From NCBI GenBank assembly GCA_016748015.1, contig JAAOMT010000778.1, positions 66,945-130,944 of the forward strand: a stretch of 64,000 nt of DNA, read 5' to 3'. Below are positions 23,440 through 38,274 of the stretch, one piece after another. The stretch comes from Geosiphon pyriformis uo1. Lineage: Eukaryota; Fungi; Glomeromycota. Positions within the stretch are counted from its first letter, which is position 1. Every line of letters starts with the position of its first letter. The position numbers and the translations under genes were made by a program. The notes beneath the pieces were generated by a model. That model ran no database searches. It saw only the letters and a list, made by a program, of their open reading frames with translations, and had not been told where the DNA came from.

Positions 23440-26400
23440 ACCAATTTAAAAAGATATTAGAAAAAAATATGATAATTTAGAAAAAACATGATAATATGAA
23501 ATAATTCAGAATAATATAAAATAATACACAATAATATGAAATAGTTAGCCATAATATAAAATAATTAGTTATAGTATAAAAAAATAAAACAATAACAGAA
23601 ATAGCAAATAATAATTAATAATAACAAATAATCAAAAACAATTTTATAAAACAAAAAATATATATAAAAATAAGTAGTTTTAACAAAAAAAAAGAGACAG
23701 TCAAACAAATAAACAGACAAGATAAAAAAAATATATCTTTCTATTTATATTTTTTAGATTTATCTTACCTATATATTTATATTATCTTAAATAAAAAAAT
23801 ATTCTAAACCCAAAAATTTTTTACACTTGATCCATAAATTTTATGTTTAAACCAAATTAATTATTCTCTTATCTTCATTTTCAGTTAGATGTTTTTAATA
23901 TAAACAATAATAACTTAGACCAATTACTCTTAATTATAATAATTAATAATACTAATTTATTTATTTTTATTTTTTATTTATTTATTTATTTTTATTTATT
24001 TTTTTTCTCTTGTAGAATAACAATATTGTAAAATTAACTATCTGAAAATAGACTTTATAATAGCCTGGTAAAAGAAAAAAGCTCTCTCTAGAATTAAATA
24101 TTAATATTATCTTATTAGCTTACTAGAAAAGCAAAAAGATATTACTAGACCCTAATGATTGTATTTAACTAGTTTAAAGAAGATAGTTTATATACTTAAA
24201 CTGCAAACAGCCAAAACATTTTTTTGTGTCTTATAACCAAAAAACTCTATGGGTAAAATTAGCAAAAATTTTCAAAGACTAATACTACCAACTCATTCTA
24301 GATATCTAGAATAGAAACTTTTAAGCTTTTTTAATCTAAATTAGAACACTAAATATTATTATAATATCTTATTAAGTTTATCTATAATATTTGATGCTTC
24401 TTATAAGATTATAAAATCTACAAAAATAGAACAATTCCAGAAATTTACAAAAGTAGTAACTATTAAAACTATAAAAAAAAATTACTTACTATACAGAAAA
24501 GCATTATTTCAATATTTTAGAAAAAACTTAAAAATATTATTAAAAACTATTATTATAAAAAGTAATTTTTGTTATTATGTATATGCCAAAGTTGACTACT
24601 TATTAAACTAAACAACAGACATAAGAAAACTTGAAAAACAAATTCATTAAAAATTATTAATATACTTAAATTTAACTATTATCTGAACAATAATTAAGAC
24701 TTTTTTAATAATAATCAAGAAATTCAGAAATATACTAGCAAACAATATCTTTAAATAAAAAAAAACAATTATCAAAACCTAATTTCAAAGAATTCAAGTT
24801 TGAATTTGAGGATATACAAACTACACAAGAAAAAACTTAAGTTATAGTCAACAAGAAATCAAAACTTTTCTTACCAATTATTTTTTTATACTACCAGATA
24901 CTAAAAAGTAAAATTCTACTTGATTAACCTACCAAAATACAATTAAAAACTCCAAGTACTTCTAAAACTCTGTACTCTTAGGACTATAACCAAAATCTGG
25001 ACCAAATTCTTAAGAAAATACAAATTATTGTTTGAAAATTTTACCTTAGTAATTATTAAACTTAACAAAAATTTTTTTTTTTGAACATAACTGTTAGTAT
25101 TACCTCTCAACAAATTAACCACTACACTTTTAAGCAAAACAACTATTCTACAACCTATTGGCCACATTAATAAAGGAAAAAAATTAGTCATAAACTCAAC
25201 AAAGCAATCAGACTTATCTTTATTAATATCTTTTTTGTTAATAATTAAACCAATTTTTATTACTCAAATTATGGCTTACAGAGATATTGCTAGACTAAAA
25301 AAATTTTTCAATGAAAAAAAAATGCATATACATAAATTACAAAAGCCAAAAAAGTAATCAAAACTAATAATTAGGACAAAACCAAAATAATTTAAGCTTT
25401 ATTGTTCTTTTTTACAATATTTTTACAATTCTAATATGTTTATCAGACTACAAAATCAGTTCAATATAATAAAACAGAAAAATTATAAAGCAGTAACCAC
25501 TTATTTTAGGCAATTTAATCAAATTTTTCACTAAATTTAGGCAATTAAAAGAAACTATTATACACTAGAACAAATTTTTAATTAATTTATTAAAGAATTA
25601 AAGAATAATATTTTTTAATTTATTAGACTTTGCTATTCTAGTAGCTTATAAAAGGCTGTAATATTTGTTTATAACTTTGAATCAGTAAAGCAAAAAGTCA
25701 ATCATACCTAAGCCATTAACTTAATCATAAATAAAACATTAAATATTAATGTTAAGGTTATCCAATTAAGTAAAAAATTGACTCAAAAAATTGAGAAATT
25801 TTTAGCAGAAAACTCTAAAACTTATTAACTATCACAATATAGAAACAATTTCAACAACTATTAACAACAAAATTAACAACAACAACAATCTTAAAAGTCA
25901 AATCCTCATAATTATTACTATTGTCAGAAATCCAAACATATTACAAGAAATTGCAAAAAAAAATTAGCTAATTAAAACTGAGGAAGTCAATATCAACTAC
26001 AATTGAAATGAATAAGTATCTGCTAAAAAATATAATAACAGCAATATTTTTACCTTTCAGCACAATTGAAAAAACAATTCAAGAAATCTTATTTATAGAC
26101 AAAAACTTGTTATATAAAAGGCAATTAAAAACTTTATAGTTATCTTAATAAAATCATAAAAGACATAAAACTTATGAAAAAAACAACTTCAGAAATACAA
26201 ATAGAAATTTTGAACATTATACAATTAAATGTCTCAAGAGTTTTAATCATTACAAGAAAAACCAAAACTCTTATACAAAAATTTGGTCTCTTAAATATAA
26301 AACTTATTTTATCTTAGATATTATATATTTTATTCACAAATAACTTCAACAAACTAGTTAGCTTTGAGTTAGACAAAACTTTTCAAATAAATTATTTTAT

Positions 26401-27146
26401 AAATAACTTAATTTTGCTAGAGTTCAATTTCTTTAAAAAAAATAATATTATAGTTAAAGCTCATAGTTTTTATTAATTATTACATATATTAACTACTGAT
26501 GTTATATAATTAACTATTCTATTTTTAGATAATAATTATTGGTCTAATCAATAATCTAATCAATAATCTGATTATTAATCTGATTATTGACCTAATCATT
26601 AATCTAATTATTGACTATTTTTAATAGTTATATAAGTAATAAGTCTTTCAGCTATAAAAAATTAATATAGCAATTAATCAAGAATAAATAAAATAACAAC
26701 TATTATTTTAATTTTTCTCTTATTGTTTATTCCTTTTTTTTTATTTTTAAGTATCTAAATATCTTAAGATAAAAAATTACTTGTTAACATTTATCTATCT
26801 TTTTTTTAACTTGAATAATTATAACATTTAAAAATTATTGAATAAAATATCACTGAAAAATACATCTAATACCTAATATTGAATTCTAAAAATATTAATA
26901 TAAAGCATAGAATTATACCAATATATTATTATTTGTTAATAGTATGGACAATTTTTCTATCTTCAGATTCTTTAGTTATTTTTTGAAAAAAATAACAACT
27001 GAGATATTTTATGAAATTGATTTTGTATATTGAATTTATGCTTATTCAATTTACTTCTTAAAATTGAATTTTTTTTGATTAATTTTATCACCTTACAATC
27101 TTGTTTTCTCTTGTTATTTATTAGCTTGTTACTCTAATTTATAATA
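23440..27146 (+). mobile_element. Chimeric/deleted LTR block: LTR-like segment and gag of one family joined to ORF3 and 3' LTR (26446-27146) of the gypsy family at 28953/49839; no pol
   Basis: 23.7-23.83 kb resembles the solo LTR at 32.4-32.55 kb. There is a decayed capsid start (atggcttacagagatattgctagacta, ~25271) and a CCHC remnant (~25913-25954). From 26008 onward the sequence is the reverse-complement homolog of 50974-49839. Confidence 0.7.
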
Positions 27147-28952
27147 ATATTATAAATTTATTGGCCTTTTTAGTCATATTTACAATAATTATATTAATAA
27201 AATAATAATTAATTTTAAATTAATAACTATATTATATATATTAATTTAAATAAGTTTAATTTTATATCTAATTATTAATATATTTATTAATAATACAATA
27301 TAAATTAGTAATAATCAAGTTATAATTTAGTAAATATTAAATATTTCTAGCGTATTTTTTAATATTAATAATATTTTTGTTAATAATAAAAAAACTGTAA
27401 CAATTTTTATTAACTAAAAAATTTAATTTTTATAGTAAAAAAAAATGAATTTTATAAATATTTTGGTGTTTTTTTGTTAACAAAAAGTTTATTAAAATCT
27501 AATATAATTGGAATATATATATAAATATAAAATTTTTTGTTAACAAAATATTAAAAAAAACTTTAATAAACAAACAATTTTTCTATTTTGTTTTGTAATT
27601 TTTAATTTATTATTAATTATAAAATACAATACAATTTTATTTTGAAAAATATATGTTACAAATAAAATATTATTATTAAAAAAAACTTAAAATTTAAGAC
27701 AAAACTGTTTAAAAACTTTTTAATAATATAATTTTTAAATATAAAAAATATTTTGGGCAGATTTTTTAATTACTGCAGTCTAAATTATCAGTACTTAATT
27801 AAATGTTAATGTATTTTTTTAATATTTTGTTAAATTATGTTTTAGTCTTAAAAACAATTTTTTAATTAACTTAAAAAATATATTTTTTGACTATAAGATT
27901 TTTTTTATTAATAATTTGTTTAATACTTTTTACTTAATTAAAAATATTTCAATATTAATTGTTTTAAACTACTATCTTTTTATGTATTGTTTGTTCATTA
28001 AAAAAATTTGAAATTGCTTTTATAAAATAAATTTTAAATAAAAAAAAAAATATTTTAAATAAAAACACTTTTATTATTAAAAAAAACTTAATTTAAAAAA
28101 TTTGGTGTTTTTATAACTTAATACAATAATAAAATTTTTGTGTAATAAGTCTTTTAATATGAATTTTTTAATGTTATTTTATTGTAAAAGTTTTGTAAAA
28201 GTTTATAAATTAGTAAATTTTATTAATATTAATAATAGTTTATTAAATGTAAATTTGAATTTAATTAAAGTATTACAAATAATTTTTTAAGATTTTTAGA
28301 TAATCAGTGATTTTTTATAAAACAGCTGCATTTTTTGTGTTTTGGTTTAAAAATTAAAGTCGAAATATTTGGTTTAGTTTTTTAATTTTGGTCAAGTTAT
28401 AAGTAATTGCTTTAATCTTAAAATATATTTTTTCTTTAAATTGTTTTTATTATTTGTGTTTTTAAAAAAAAATTGTTATTATCAGATTTTTGCAATTATA
28501 GTTAATTAGAAAAATATTATATTTGAAATATTATTTGCAAAAAAATTTGAAAATAATGTAATTTAAAGTTAAAAATTATTTTAAAGTTTTTGGAAATAAA
28601 TATATTAATAAAATGGCTTATATAGTAATTTTATTTGGTTTTTTGCTTTTAATTTATATTAAAAAAAGATTATTTTAACTAATAATATATATATATTTAA
28701 TAATATTTATATCTTATACATAATATGTTTAAGACAATATATTATATTTACTAGAAAATTGGACTTAAAATTTAAATTATTAACAATAGTTTGTTTAATA
28801 ATATTAATTGAATCTGCTTATTTTTGGTTTAATATTTTAATATATATATAATAATTAATTATATTAACAAATTTTTATTTAATTATTACTTATATTACAA
28901 AAGCTGTTTATAAAAAGTTACTAGTTGTTATTTATAAAAAGTTTTATGATAG

Positions 28953-31900
28953 TGTTACAGGTTGGAGTAACAAGCTAATAAATAGCAAAAAAGAACAAAA
29001 TTGTAAAGTAATAGAAATAATTAAAGAGAAAATTACAATAAGAAAATGAATTAAATAAGTAAGAATTTAATATACATGATTAATTTCATAAAAATCACAG
29101 TTATAAAATTTTTCTGAAAATCTGAAAGTAAAGAAATAGTCTGTGATTGTTAATAAGATAACATTGCTGCTATTATTTTATGTCTTAACTTGGCAATTTT
29201 TAGAATTAATAACAAGTATTATTGTGCTTTTTAATCATTTTTTTATTCAATGAATTACAAGAGCAAGCAATTACTTCTTAAGTTAATTCTAACAATACAA
29301 ATCAAAAAAAAAAAATAAAGTATGTGAATGTCAACAAGTAATCTTTTATTCCAAAATGTTCAAATACTTAAAGATAGGAAAAAAAGAATAAGTAATATAA
29401 GAGAAAGTAATTAATAATGGGTTTTATTTTGTTACTTTGATTATGTCTTTTTATAACTGAGATTTATTACTTATATAGCTATTAAAAGTGGTTAATGACC
29501 AGATCAACAACTAAGTTAATAATCAGATTAATGATTAGGTTATTGATCATTATCTAAAAATAAGATGGCTAATTATATGATATCAGTTGCTAATATATAT
29601 GATAACTAATAAAAAGTATGAGTTTTAACCATAATATTATCTTTTTCAAAAAGATTAAGCTCTGACAAAATCAAACTATTTATGGGATAATCTATTTAAA
29701 AGATTTTGTTTAGCTCAAAACTAACTAGTTTATTAAAGTTTTTTGTAGATAAAGTATATAATACCTAAGATAAAATGAGTTTTATATCCAAAAAACCAAA
29801 TCTTTGTATAAAAGTTTTGGCTCTTTTAGCAATAGTCAAAACTCTTAGGACATCTAATTATATAATGCCCAAAATTTTTATTTGTATCTTTGAAGTTGTT
29901 TTCTTTATGATTTCACTAAGACAACCATAAAGTTCTGATTGCTTTCCATATGACAAACTTTTGTCTATAAACAAGATTTCTTGAATTGTTTTTTCAATTG
30001 TGTTAAAAGGTGTAAGTATTATTGCTGTTATATTTTTTAGGAGATATTTATCTATTTTGCTACCAATTTTTTCTTTTCTGGTAGTTGTTTTTTTGGGTTT
30101 AATAATAGTATGTGTTCTATTGTTATCAGTTATAGTGGTCTGTTTTTTAATGATTAAAATAGCATTTAAATAGTTTTTAATCCAATACTCATAAAGAGTA
30201 TAAAAAGTATTTTGAATGTTTTGATTCAGAAAATAATTGTTTATACTGATTGAAGATACCTTTGTTTTGGGAATAATGCATTTATTTATATCTGATTTTT
30301 GTTAATTATTTGGGTCAGTATTATCATAACAGATAACCAATTAGGTTATTTGTAATATTTTTTGAATTGTGTACCATGAATAGGGTAATTATTAAAGATT
30401 GTTTCATATTAATTTTGTAAAATATAAAAACTATTATTCAAAATTTTGTTGATTATAAAAAGTTCTTTCCATTAACTAGAAAATTTTTTATCATAAACAT
30501 TGACTTTGTCTAAACAATATTTCAAAACTAAGTTACTAACACTTAAAAAAAGTGTTTTATAGGTTTTTTTCTTCTTAAGTTTTTTTTGGAACTGTTTTAT
30601 CTTTTTAAAAGCAATTATTTGTGCTTCTACCAAGGAGTCAAGAATGATACCAAGTTTTCTTTGCAAAATGTTTTTGTAATTCTCTATTGTGATTTCTTCA
30701 AAGGATATTGTTTCAATGTTAGTTTCTATTGGTAGTATTATTATTTATCTATAGAGCAAATAAAAAGATTCATAACTTGTTATGTTATGATTTACAGTTC
30801 TATAAGCAAACAAAACTAAAAGCAGTACTTTGTTTCATAAGTTTGTTTTTTTATTGGTTTTGGCTAAGGTTTTACATAGTATTTTATTGAAATATTTCAC
30901 TAGGTTATTTGTTTAAAAGTAGTAAGAAGAGAAAAGTTTATTATGTATTCTTATTTTTCTACAAAGTTCTTTAACCAGTGTACTAAAAAAAGTTTTTCCT
31001 CTATTAGATAAAAGTTTTTTGAAGCAGCCATGATGACAAATGATATCTTCATAAATAAAATTGGCTATTGAGACTGCTGTTTAGTTTGAAGTGGCTTTTG
31101 CTTTTACTTACTTTGTAAGATAGTCAGTAACTGTGATAATATATTTGTTGTTATCAGAAATTACTGTTAAAAGTTCAACAACATCTATACCAATTCTGTC
31201 AAATAGTTGACCAACAGAAATTGGATAGATATTTTCTTTGCAATTGGATTTTTCTCTTCTTTAACAAGTATTACAGGTTTTTATGTATTCAGCAATGTCT
31301 TTTTCTAAGATAGACCAATAATAATAAGCTAAAGTTTTCTGAATTGTTTTTGTTTTTTCAAAGTGTTCAGTTAATATATTAGTATATATATTGTAGATCA
31401 CAATTTCTTTTTCTTTAAATCTAATAACTCTTTGGAAGCAGTTAGGATTTTTTTTATTTTTTTTATATAATTGGTTTTGGCAGATCAAATAAAAATTTGA
31501 TTGTTTGCACAAATGTTTTTTTGCTGTTGAGTGTAGTTCAGTAGGTATTGTTCTTTACCCAAAAATTTTATTAATGCAGAGTAGTTATCCAAGTTTATTA
31601 TTGTGTTTGTTTATAAAAGAGTTACTAATAATTAAGTTGATTTGGTTTGAAAAGATTGTACTGTTACTGAATAATAAGTCTAAAGAAAGCATCAGTGTTT
31701 TAATAATTAGCTCTTTTACAATATTGAATGTCATAGTCAAATTTATTCAAGTAAAGTATTCAACAAGTTATTTATTTGTGTTCTAGCTTTTTTTTATTGT
31801 ACAGTCAAACCAAGGCTTGATGATCTGTTATTATTAGGAATTTTATGCCAAAAAAATATTGATTTTAATAACTAGTAGTCTAAACTATTGCTAAGCATTC

Positions 31901-34900
31901 TTGTTTAGTAACTGAATAGTTCTTTTCTGCTTGTGTAAAGATTTTACTGGCATATGCTATAGCATATTTTCTGCTATCTTCATTTTTTTGTGAGAAAACA
32001 GCACCAAGTCTATAGCCAGATACATTAGTGTACAGTGTTACCAGTAGAATTTTAGCTATTAATTAGCATGAAATTATCCTCATAATTTATATTATTAATT
32101 AGCATATATTATTATTATTTCAATTATTACTTATTAATTAGCCAAATTATTAAATATTATAATTTAATTAATAATCTGATTTGTATTATGGAAATTAAGA
32201 TAATCAAAATGCACAATATTTTGAACCATTTAAAATAGTCAAATTCGCCGAAATTGATAAAAATTGGCCAAAATAATCAATAATTTGTAGAAATAACTTG
32301 TAGTTTGCTAAAATATATCTTTAGTTTGCCAAAATTAGAACAAAGAAAAAAGTGCAAGTTCAAAGACTAGTACTACAACAAGTTGTATAAAAAAAAAACT
32401 TCTCTCTTGAAAAAAATATATCTTACTATCATATTTTACTATAGTATCTTATTTTAGATATTTTAATTAGAACAAATCATCTTTTACATATCTTAAATAA
32501 AAATTAAATATTCAAAAAAAACCAAATTTTTTAAATTATTACACTTGAAATTTCTTCAATACAACTAATATTTTGAAATTGATTAACTACTAATTTCAGT
32601 AATTTGTTAGTAACTTTAGGTCTAAATAGAAAACGTTTCTCTTGTTGGAATTTTATTTTCTTTACATTTCTTTTATTTTTCTTTTATTTTCTTATTATAA
32701 TCATTAGGGTAGTCTACAGACAAGAATTTTGTAAAAAAGTTGACTTTCACAGCAATATAACTACACATTTTTAGTGAGCTTTCAGACAAGCAATTCTTGG
32801 AAAAGAGTTGATATTTACTACAATATAACTACATAAAGTAACTGGCAAAAAATTGGCTATTCTACTTATAAGTCCAACAGTTCAAATTATAGGAAATAAT
32901 TTGAAGATAAATTCAGTTATTGGAAGTTCAACTACTCTCTTTAGTTGTAAATTTACAGCAAACAGACATTAACAACATTTAAGAAAAAAGACCAAAAATC
33001 TCCAATAACAACAAAATAAAAAGTTGGTTTAGGTCAGGTTGTTTAAAAATTAGTTCAATAACAAATTTTTTCTTTAGAATTTCAAAAGCTTTTTGTTAAT
33101 AAATGTCTCAATAATAATTGATATTTTTTCTGAATAGCTGATTAAGAAAAAATTTCATCTTTTGTAATAAGATAACCAAGGAACTGGGTGGATTAATGTT
33201 TAAAGAAAGATTTGATTAAGTTAATTTTGAGACCAGCATTTTTAAGAAGATCAAATACTTTTTGTAAATGTTTTAGGTGTTTATCTCAAGTTTTTGAATA
33301 TATTATTATGTTGTTTAAGTAGACTAAAACAAAGTTTTTTTTTACTAATTTAAACACTTTGTTTATTAGACATTAAAAAATAGAAGGAGTATTGGTAAAA
33401 CTAAAAAACATAATTGTAAATTTATAGGTGTCATACTTGGTAATAAAGATAGTTTTTTTTTGCTTTTTGAATCTATTTCTACTTGGCAGAATCTAGCAGT
33501 TAAGTCAATAGTTGAGAAAAAAGCAGCACTATTAAATTTGTTTAGCATTGTATTAATTTTGGAAAGTAAATACATATCTCTTATAGTGATGGCATTTAAT
33601 TAGTAATAATTAACACAGAAGTATAGAGTTTTACTTTTTTTGAATATTACTACAACTGGAAAAGCCCATTTACTCTTGGTTTCACGTATAAATCTAAGAT
33701 TTTTTATTTGGTTTATTTCTTTCTTAATGAACTTATTATTGTGTTAATTGAATTAATAAGATTTTAGATATATAAGGCAAGTTTTTTTAGTAGTGATAGT
33801 GTGTTGTATCACATGAGTTTGTTCAGTGGTATCACTTTTTTTTAAGATAACTGGCCTATTTCTAGCCAACAGATTTTTAATGTCTACTTTTTTTTCTTCA
33901 GAAAAGGATTCTTTTTGTTTTATTGTAAGGAATTAAATTTTAAGTGGTTTATTCTCAAAAGACTTCTGTACTTCTTTTAATTTTTTTCTGGGTATTAGGC
34001 TAATGAGTTTTCAATCTTTGTAATAGATTAGACAAAATTTGCATTTATTACTAAGAGAATACAGGAATTTATTACACTAGTATTAGGCATAAGAATCATG
34101 CTACCAATAACTGTATTTTGCTTTCTTGCCAGGTTTTCTATTAAAGATTTTTCTGAAGATATTATAATAGGGCCAGTGAATTAGCTTGTTATTTACAATA
34201 AATTTTTCTTTGTTAGCTTTAACATTATCTAATGGCTTATTATTGCTAATAAAAATAGTATAAGTAAGTTTAGCAGTTTTTTCTTGTTCTTCTTGATTTT
34301 TTTTATCATTGCTCTTTTCATTATCTGATTTATTTGATTGCTCATCTTTTTGATTCTGCTTGGTTATTGGAGAAGTTGTTTAATAACAACACTTAATTAC
34401 AATAAGCTTCTCATTACATCTAATAGTTAGTTAACAAAATTTATAGTCAAGTAGTGTTTTGGCTTTCTTGAGCCATTCATTGCCAACAATTATAGTGTAC
34501 TTTTTTGTTTCAGATACTTTTATGTTAGTTTCAATGCTAATGTCATTAATGTAAACAGAAACAGCTTTGGTTATACCAAGCCTTTTCTTTTTGTTACTGT
34601 GTATATTGGTTATTGGTTATTGGTTTAATTGAAGGTTTATTAATTTTTCTGCTAATTGCTTCAAAAAAATGTTTGACAATAATACTAACAGATAATCCAC
34701 TGTCTAAAATTAGATTAATAAGTAGCCAGCCACTTGGGCTTTGCAAATTAAAAGAGTAATATTGCTGTTATTAGCAAGTTCAGCTTGACAAGAGCACTTG
34801 TTGGTTTTTGGTGTCTTTTTCTTTGGAATCAAGGATTTGTGAAGATCTTTTCTGAATTGTGAATAGATTATTAACTGGCCAAAAGTAATATAAGCTGGAG

Positions 34901-37546
34901 TTTCTATAAGATCTTTGACAACAAAATAAGAACCAGATTTTTGTACAATTTTTGAAGGTTCCAGCTTTGGAAGATTCTTAAAAACTTTAGTTTTTGGTGA
35001 TTTATTGTTATTGGCAGTTGATGTGAATGCTTTGTTTAGATCTAAAACGAAATTAATTTTGGCTTTCTTTTTTTTTTGTTGATTTAAAGGTGTTGATTGC
35101 TAGTTTATCCATGTTATAGTCATTATCAATTAGATTAAAAGCATAAAAGGGGTTTTTTTTTAATTGGCTTGTATTTTTACCTTTTGGAAATGCACCTATT
35201 AGTTTAAAGACTAATAAACAGTAGCTTTAACTAAGAGATCCTCTCCAAAAAAATTGATGTTGACATAATTGAATCTTTGATTGAGAATATTGTTGTTAAT
35301 AGTTCTGTTGTTTTAATTATTATTGTTTTTAGAAACTGGAAGAGACAATAGAGAATTGTTGTAATCTTTAGAAAAGTGTCTAGTTAATCCACATTAATAG
35401 TATACAAATAGATCACAATTTTGTTGTCTTTGATAAGAAAGTTGCTGGAACTAATTAAAATAGGACTCAAATCTGGGTTTTTGGAATTATTAATTTTTTC
35501 AGACTGCTTAGACTAAGAGCTCTAATAGCTGGACAAAATTGGCTGTAAGTTTATCTATTAATTGTTCATTAGAATTTAAAGTCTAGGCAGGGAAAGAAAT
35601 AACAGCCATTTAAGAAGCAGAAGCCATAACAAAAGCAAAAGCAAAAACTAAAAATGTGGATTCTAAGTACATCCTTTGATTGTTTTCAATTCATTAAACA
35701 AGTTTAATGACTATATTCATTGTTAGATTGTTTTTTAAAGCCAAGAGAGGCCAAAGAGCATATGAAAGATCAGTTCTTAATCTTTTTATAAAGGAATAAA
35801 TCTTTTGTTTTTCTGTTCAGTTTCTTTTAAAGTCTACTTACTTGATTAGCTTTCTAATTGCTTTGGCATACTTAATTACAACTTTACCAGAATTTTGGAT
35901 TTTTTTTTCTAATTTCATATGCCATTTGGATATCAAAATAGGAATTCTAAATTTTGTTTCAAACTAAGTAGTAAAAAAAGTGTTGTTTTTTCTAATATTT
36001 GTTGATATCTATTTAATAATTTTTTGCTGAGCATTGGTATTGGTTTCTTGTAAGAACCAAGTAACAGAAAAGTTTTAAAAATAGCCATCAACAATTTAGA
36101 ACTTGTATTTATTATTATATTGATTGGCTATAATAGTTCTTTTAAAGTCATCCAATTATTTAATTGGATTTTATGCATTACTTTTAAATAATAGTAATAG
36201 AGTGTTGTTTTTTTGCTTTAGAGCAGTTTGTATATCTTAAAGAGTGGCCAGAATGTTTGTTTATATAAGGTTATTAGTCATTAGTTAAGAAGTAACTGTT
36301 TGTGTAAAATGTTCTAATTCACTTAAGAAAAAATTAAAAACAGGTGCAGTTTAATAACTTTTTTTTTCTGTTTTAAAAAAGGTTTTAGCTAATTGGTGAA
36401 CAGCAATTCAGATGTGAATTTGGTAATTTAGGTATTCGAAATCAAGAAACTGTTATTTAAAGATTGTAGAATATAAAAACTGATTGATGTTGTTGTTTCT
36501 TTTTTTAAAGTTGTCTTTAAAATAAGCTTGGTTAAAATAATAAGTTGTATAGACTATATAAGTTTTAGTTGAATGCTTATTTAGGAATCAGTTTCAAAAG
36601 TTTTGGAATTGTGTACTAGATTGTTTTTTAATGAGAAAACAAATCAAGCAAGAGGACAAAGAATTGAGTTCAATAAAGTCTAGATCATTTTTGTTGTGTG
36701 TTTCAAAGTGTTCTTCTGATTGTTGTAACAGGTATAAATAATCATTTATATAATAAGAAACAAAGTAGATTTTAACAATCTTATAAAAAACACACTTTTA
36801 TGTTATGAGTTGGAATAACAAGCTAATAGATAGCAAAGAAAAACAGGATTGTAGAATAATGGAAATAATCAAAAAAAAATTACAATAGAAGAGTAAATTG
36901 AATAAGTAAAAATTTAATACACATAATCAATCTTATAAAAATCACAGTTATGAATCTTTTCTGAAAATTTGAAGATAGAGGAATAGTCTGTAATTGTCAA
37001 CAAAATAACACTACTGCTATTATTCTATGTCTCAACTTGGCAATTCTTAGAATCAATAACAGATATCATTGTGCTTTTCAATTATTTTTTTATTTAATAA
37101 ATTACAAGAGCAAGCAATTGTTTCTTAAGCTAATTCTAATAATACAAATCAAGAAGGAAAAAAGATAAAGTATGTAAATGCCAACAAATAATCTTTTATT
37201 TCAAGATGTTCAGATACTTGAAGGTAAAAAAAAAGAATAAGTAATATAAGAAGAAGTAATTGATAGTGGATTTTATTTCATTACTTTGATTATGTCTTTC
37301 TATAGCTAAGAAATTCATTGCTTATATAGTTATTAAAAGTGGTCAATGACCAGATTAACAACTAGGTCAATAATTAGATTAATGATCAGATCAATAATCA
37401 GGTCAATGATTAGGTCAATAATTAGATCAATGTTCAAGTCAATAATTAAATTATTAATTACTATCTAAAAATAAGGTGGCTAATTATATGACATCAATAG
37501 CTAATACATGTAATAACTAATAAAAGTATGAGTTTTAATCATAACA
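28953..37546 (-). mobile_element. Ty3/gypsy LTR retrotransposon, older copy; LTRs 28953-29636 and 36801-37546; TSD ATAG
   Basis: It has TGTTA...ATAACA termini and ATAG at 28949-28952 and 37547-37550. It is colinear with 49839-57544 (RT fragment 33366-33575, integrase zinc finger 31261-31512). Confidence 0.92.
32036..33010 (+). mobile_element. Solo LTR nested in the RNase H region of the older gypsy; TSD ACAG/ACAA
   Basis: This 975-bp insert is absent from the younger copy and has TGTTA...TAACA termini. It contains an internal ~50-bp duplication at ~32717 and ~32783. Confidence 0.8.
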
Positions 37547-38274
37547 ATAGAATTTATTTTAATATTATATATATTTATTATAATAAAATAAAATTTTTTA
37601 ACTATGTATTTATATACAAAAAAATTTGATTATTTATAAAGAATTATTAAAGTTTTATGCTGTTTTATATATGTTTTTATTTAGTATTAATGTTATTATA
37701 TTTTTAATATTATGTTTATTTTTACTTAGTATTTATAATAATGCTTTGTATATAATTTTGTATAAAAATATTGTATTTAAAAACTGATTGTTTAAAACTT
37801 ATGTGTTTTTAATAATAATAAATTTATTATAAACAAATTAGTAATATTTATTAAAAATATTATTAGTAATTATAAAATTAAAGTTGAATTGGTTTAGTTA
37901 ATTATAAAGTAATCTTAGAAAACCAAAATTGTTTAGTATTTGATAATTTTGTTTATTTTTTGGTTTAAAATTAATTTGTTTTATTATTTATTAAAACTAT
38001 TTATTTGCTAAATATTTATAAAATATTTGACATATTTTTTAATATGTATTTGGTTTGTTTTTTTTATACTAATATTAACAATATTGTTAAAATTATAATA
38101 AATTTATAGTATTGTCTTAATTAATTTAAATAACAGGTCATATATAATAAATATTTAATTAATATTTAATTTAAAACACTTAGTTTTTATATAGTATTAA
38201 ATAGTAGATAGATTTTATTTATTAATAATAATAATAATAATAAGTTTATAAATTAAATCTTATATTTTTATTTT

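Larger units (their letters stand above)
8470..38200 (+). mobile_element. Old, extremely decayed LINE that hosts the nested insertions (pieces ~8470-8815, 15660-16145, 22998-23440, 27147-28952, 37551-38200)
   Basis: The AT-eroded pieces still follow ORF1/ORF2 order: a KKSFTLDINL/SKFGGII-like tract at 15.8-16.0 kb, TTAHDL..GKTC and CCHC-like tracts at 23.1-23.36 kb, an RT NRVMTDFGL-like tract at 27.2 kb, and an RNase H ELQAIALALEC-like tract at 28.4 kb. The reading continues across the gypsy TSD. Confidence 0.65.
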
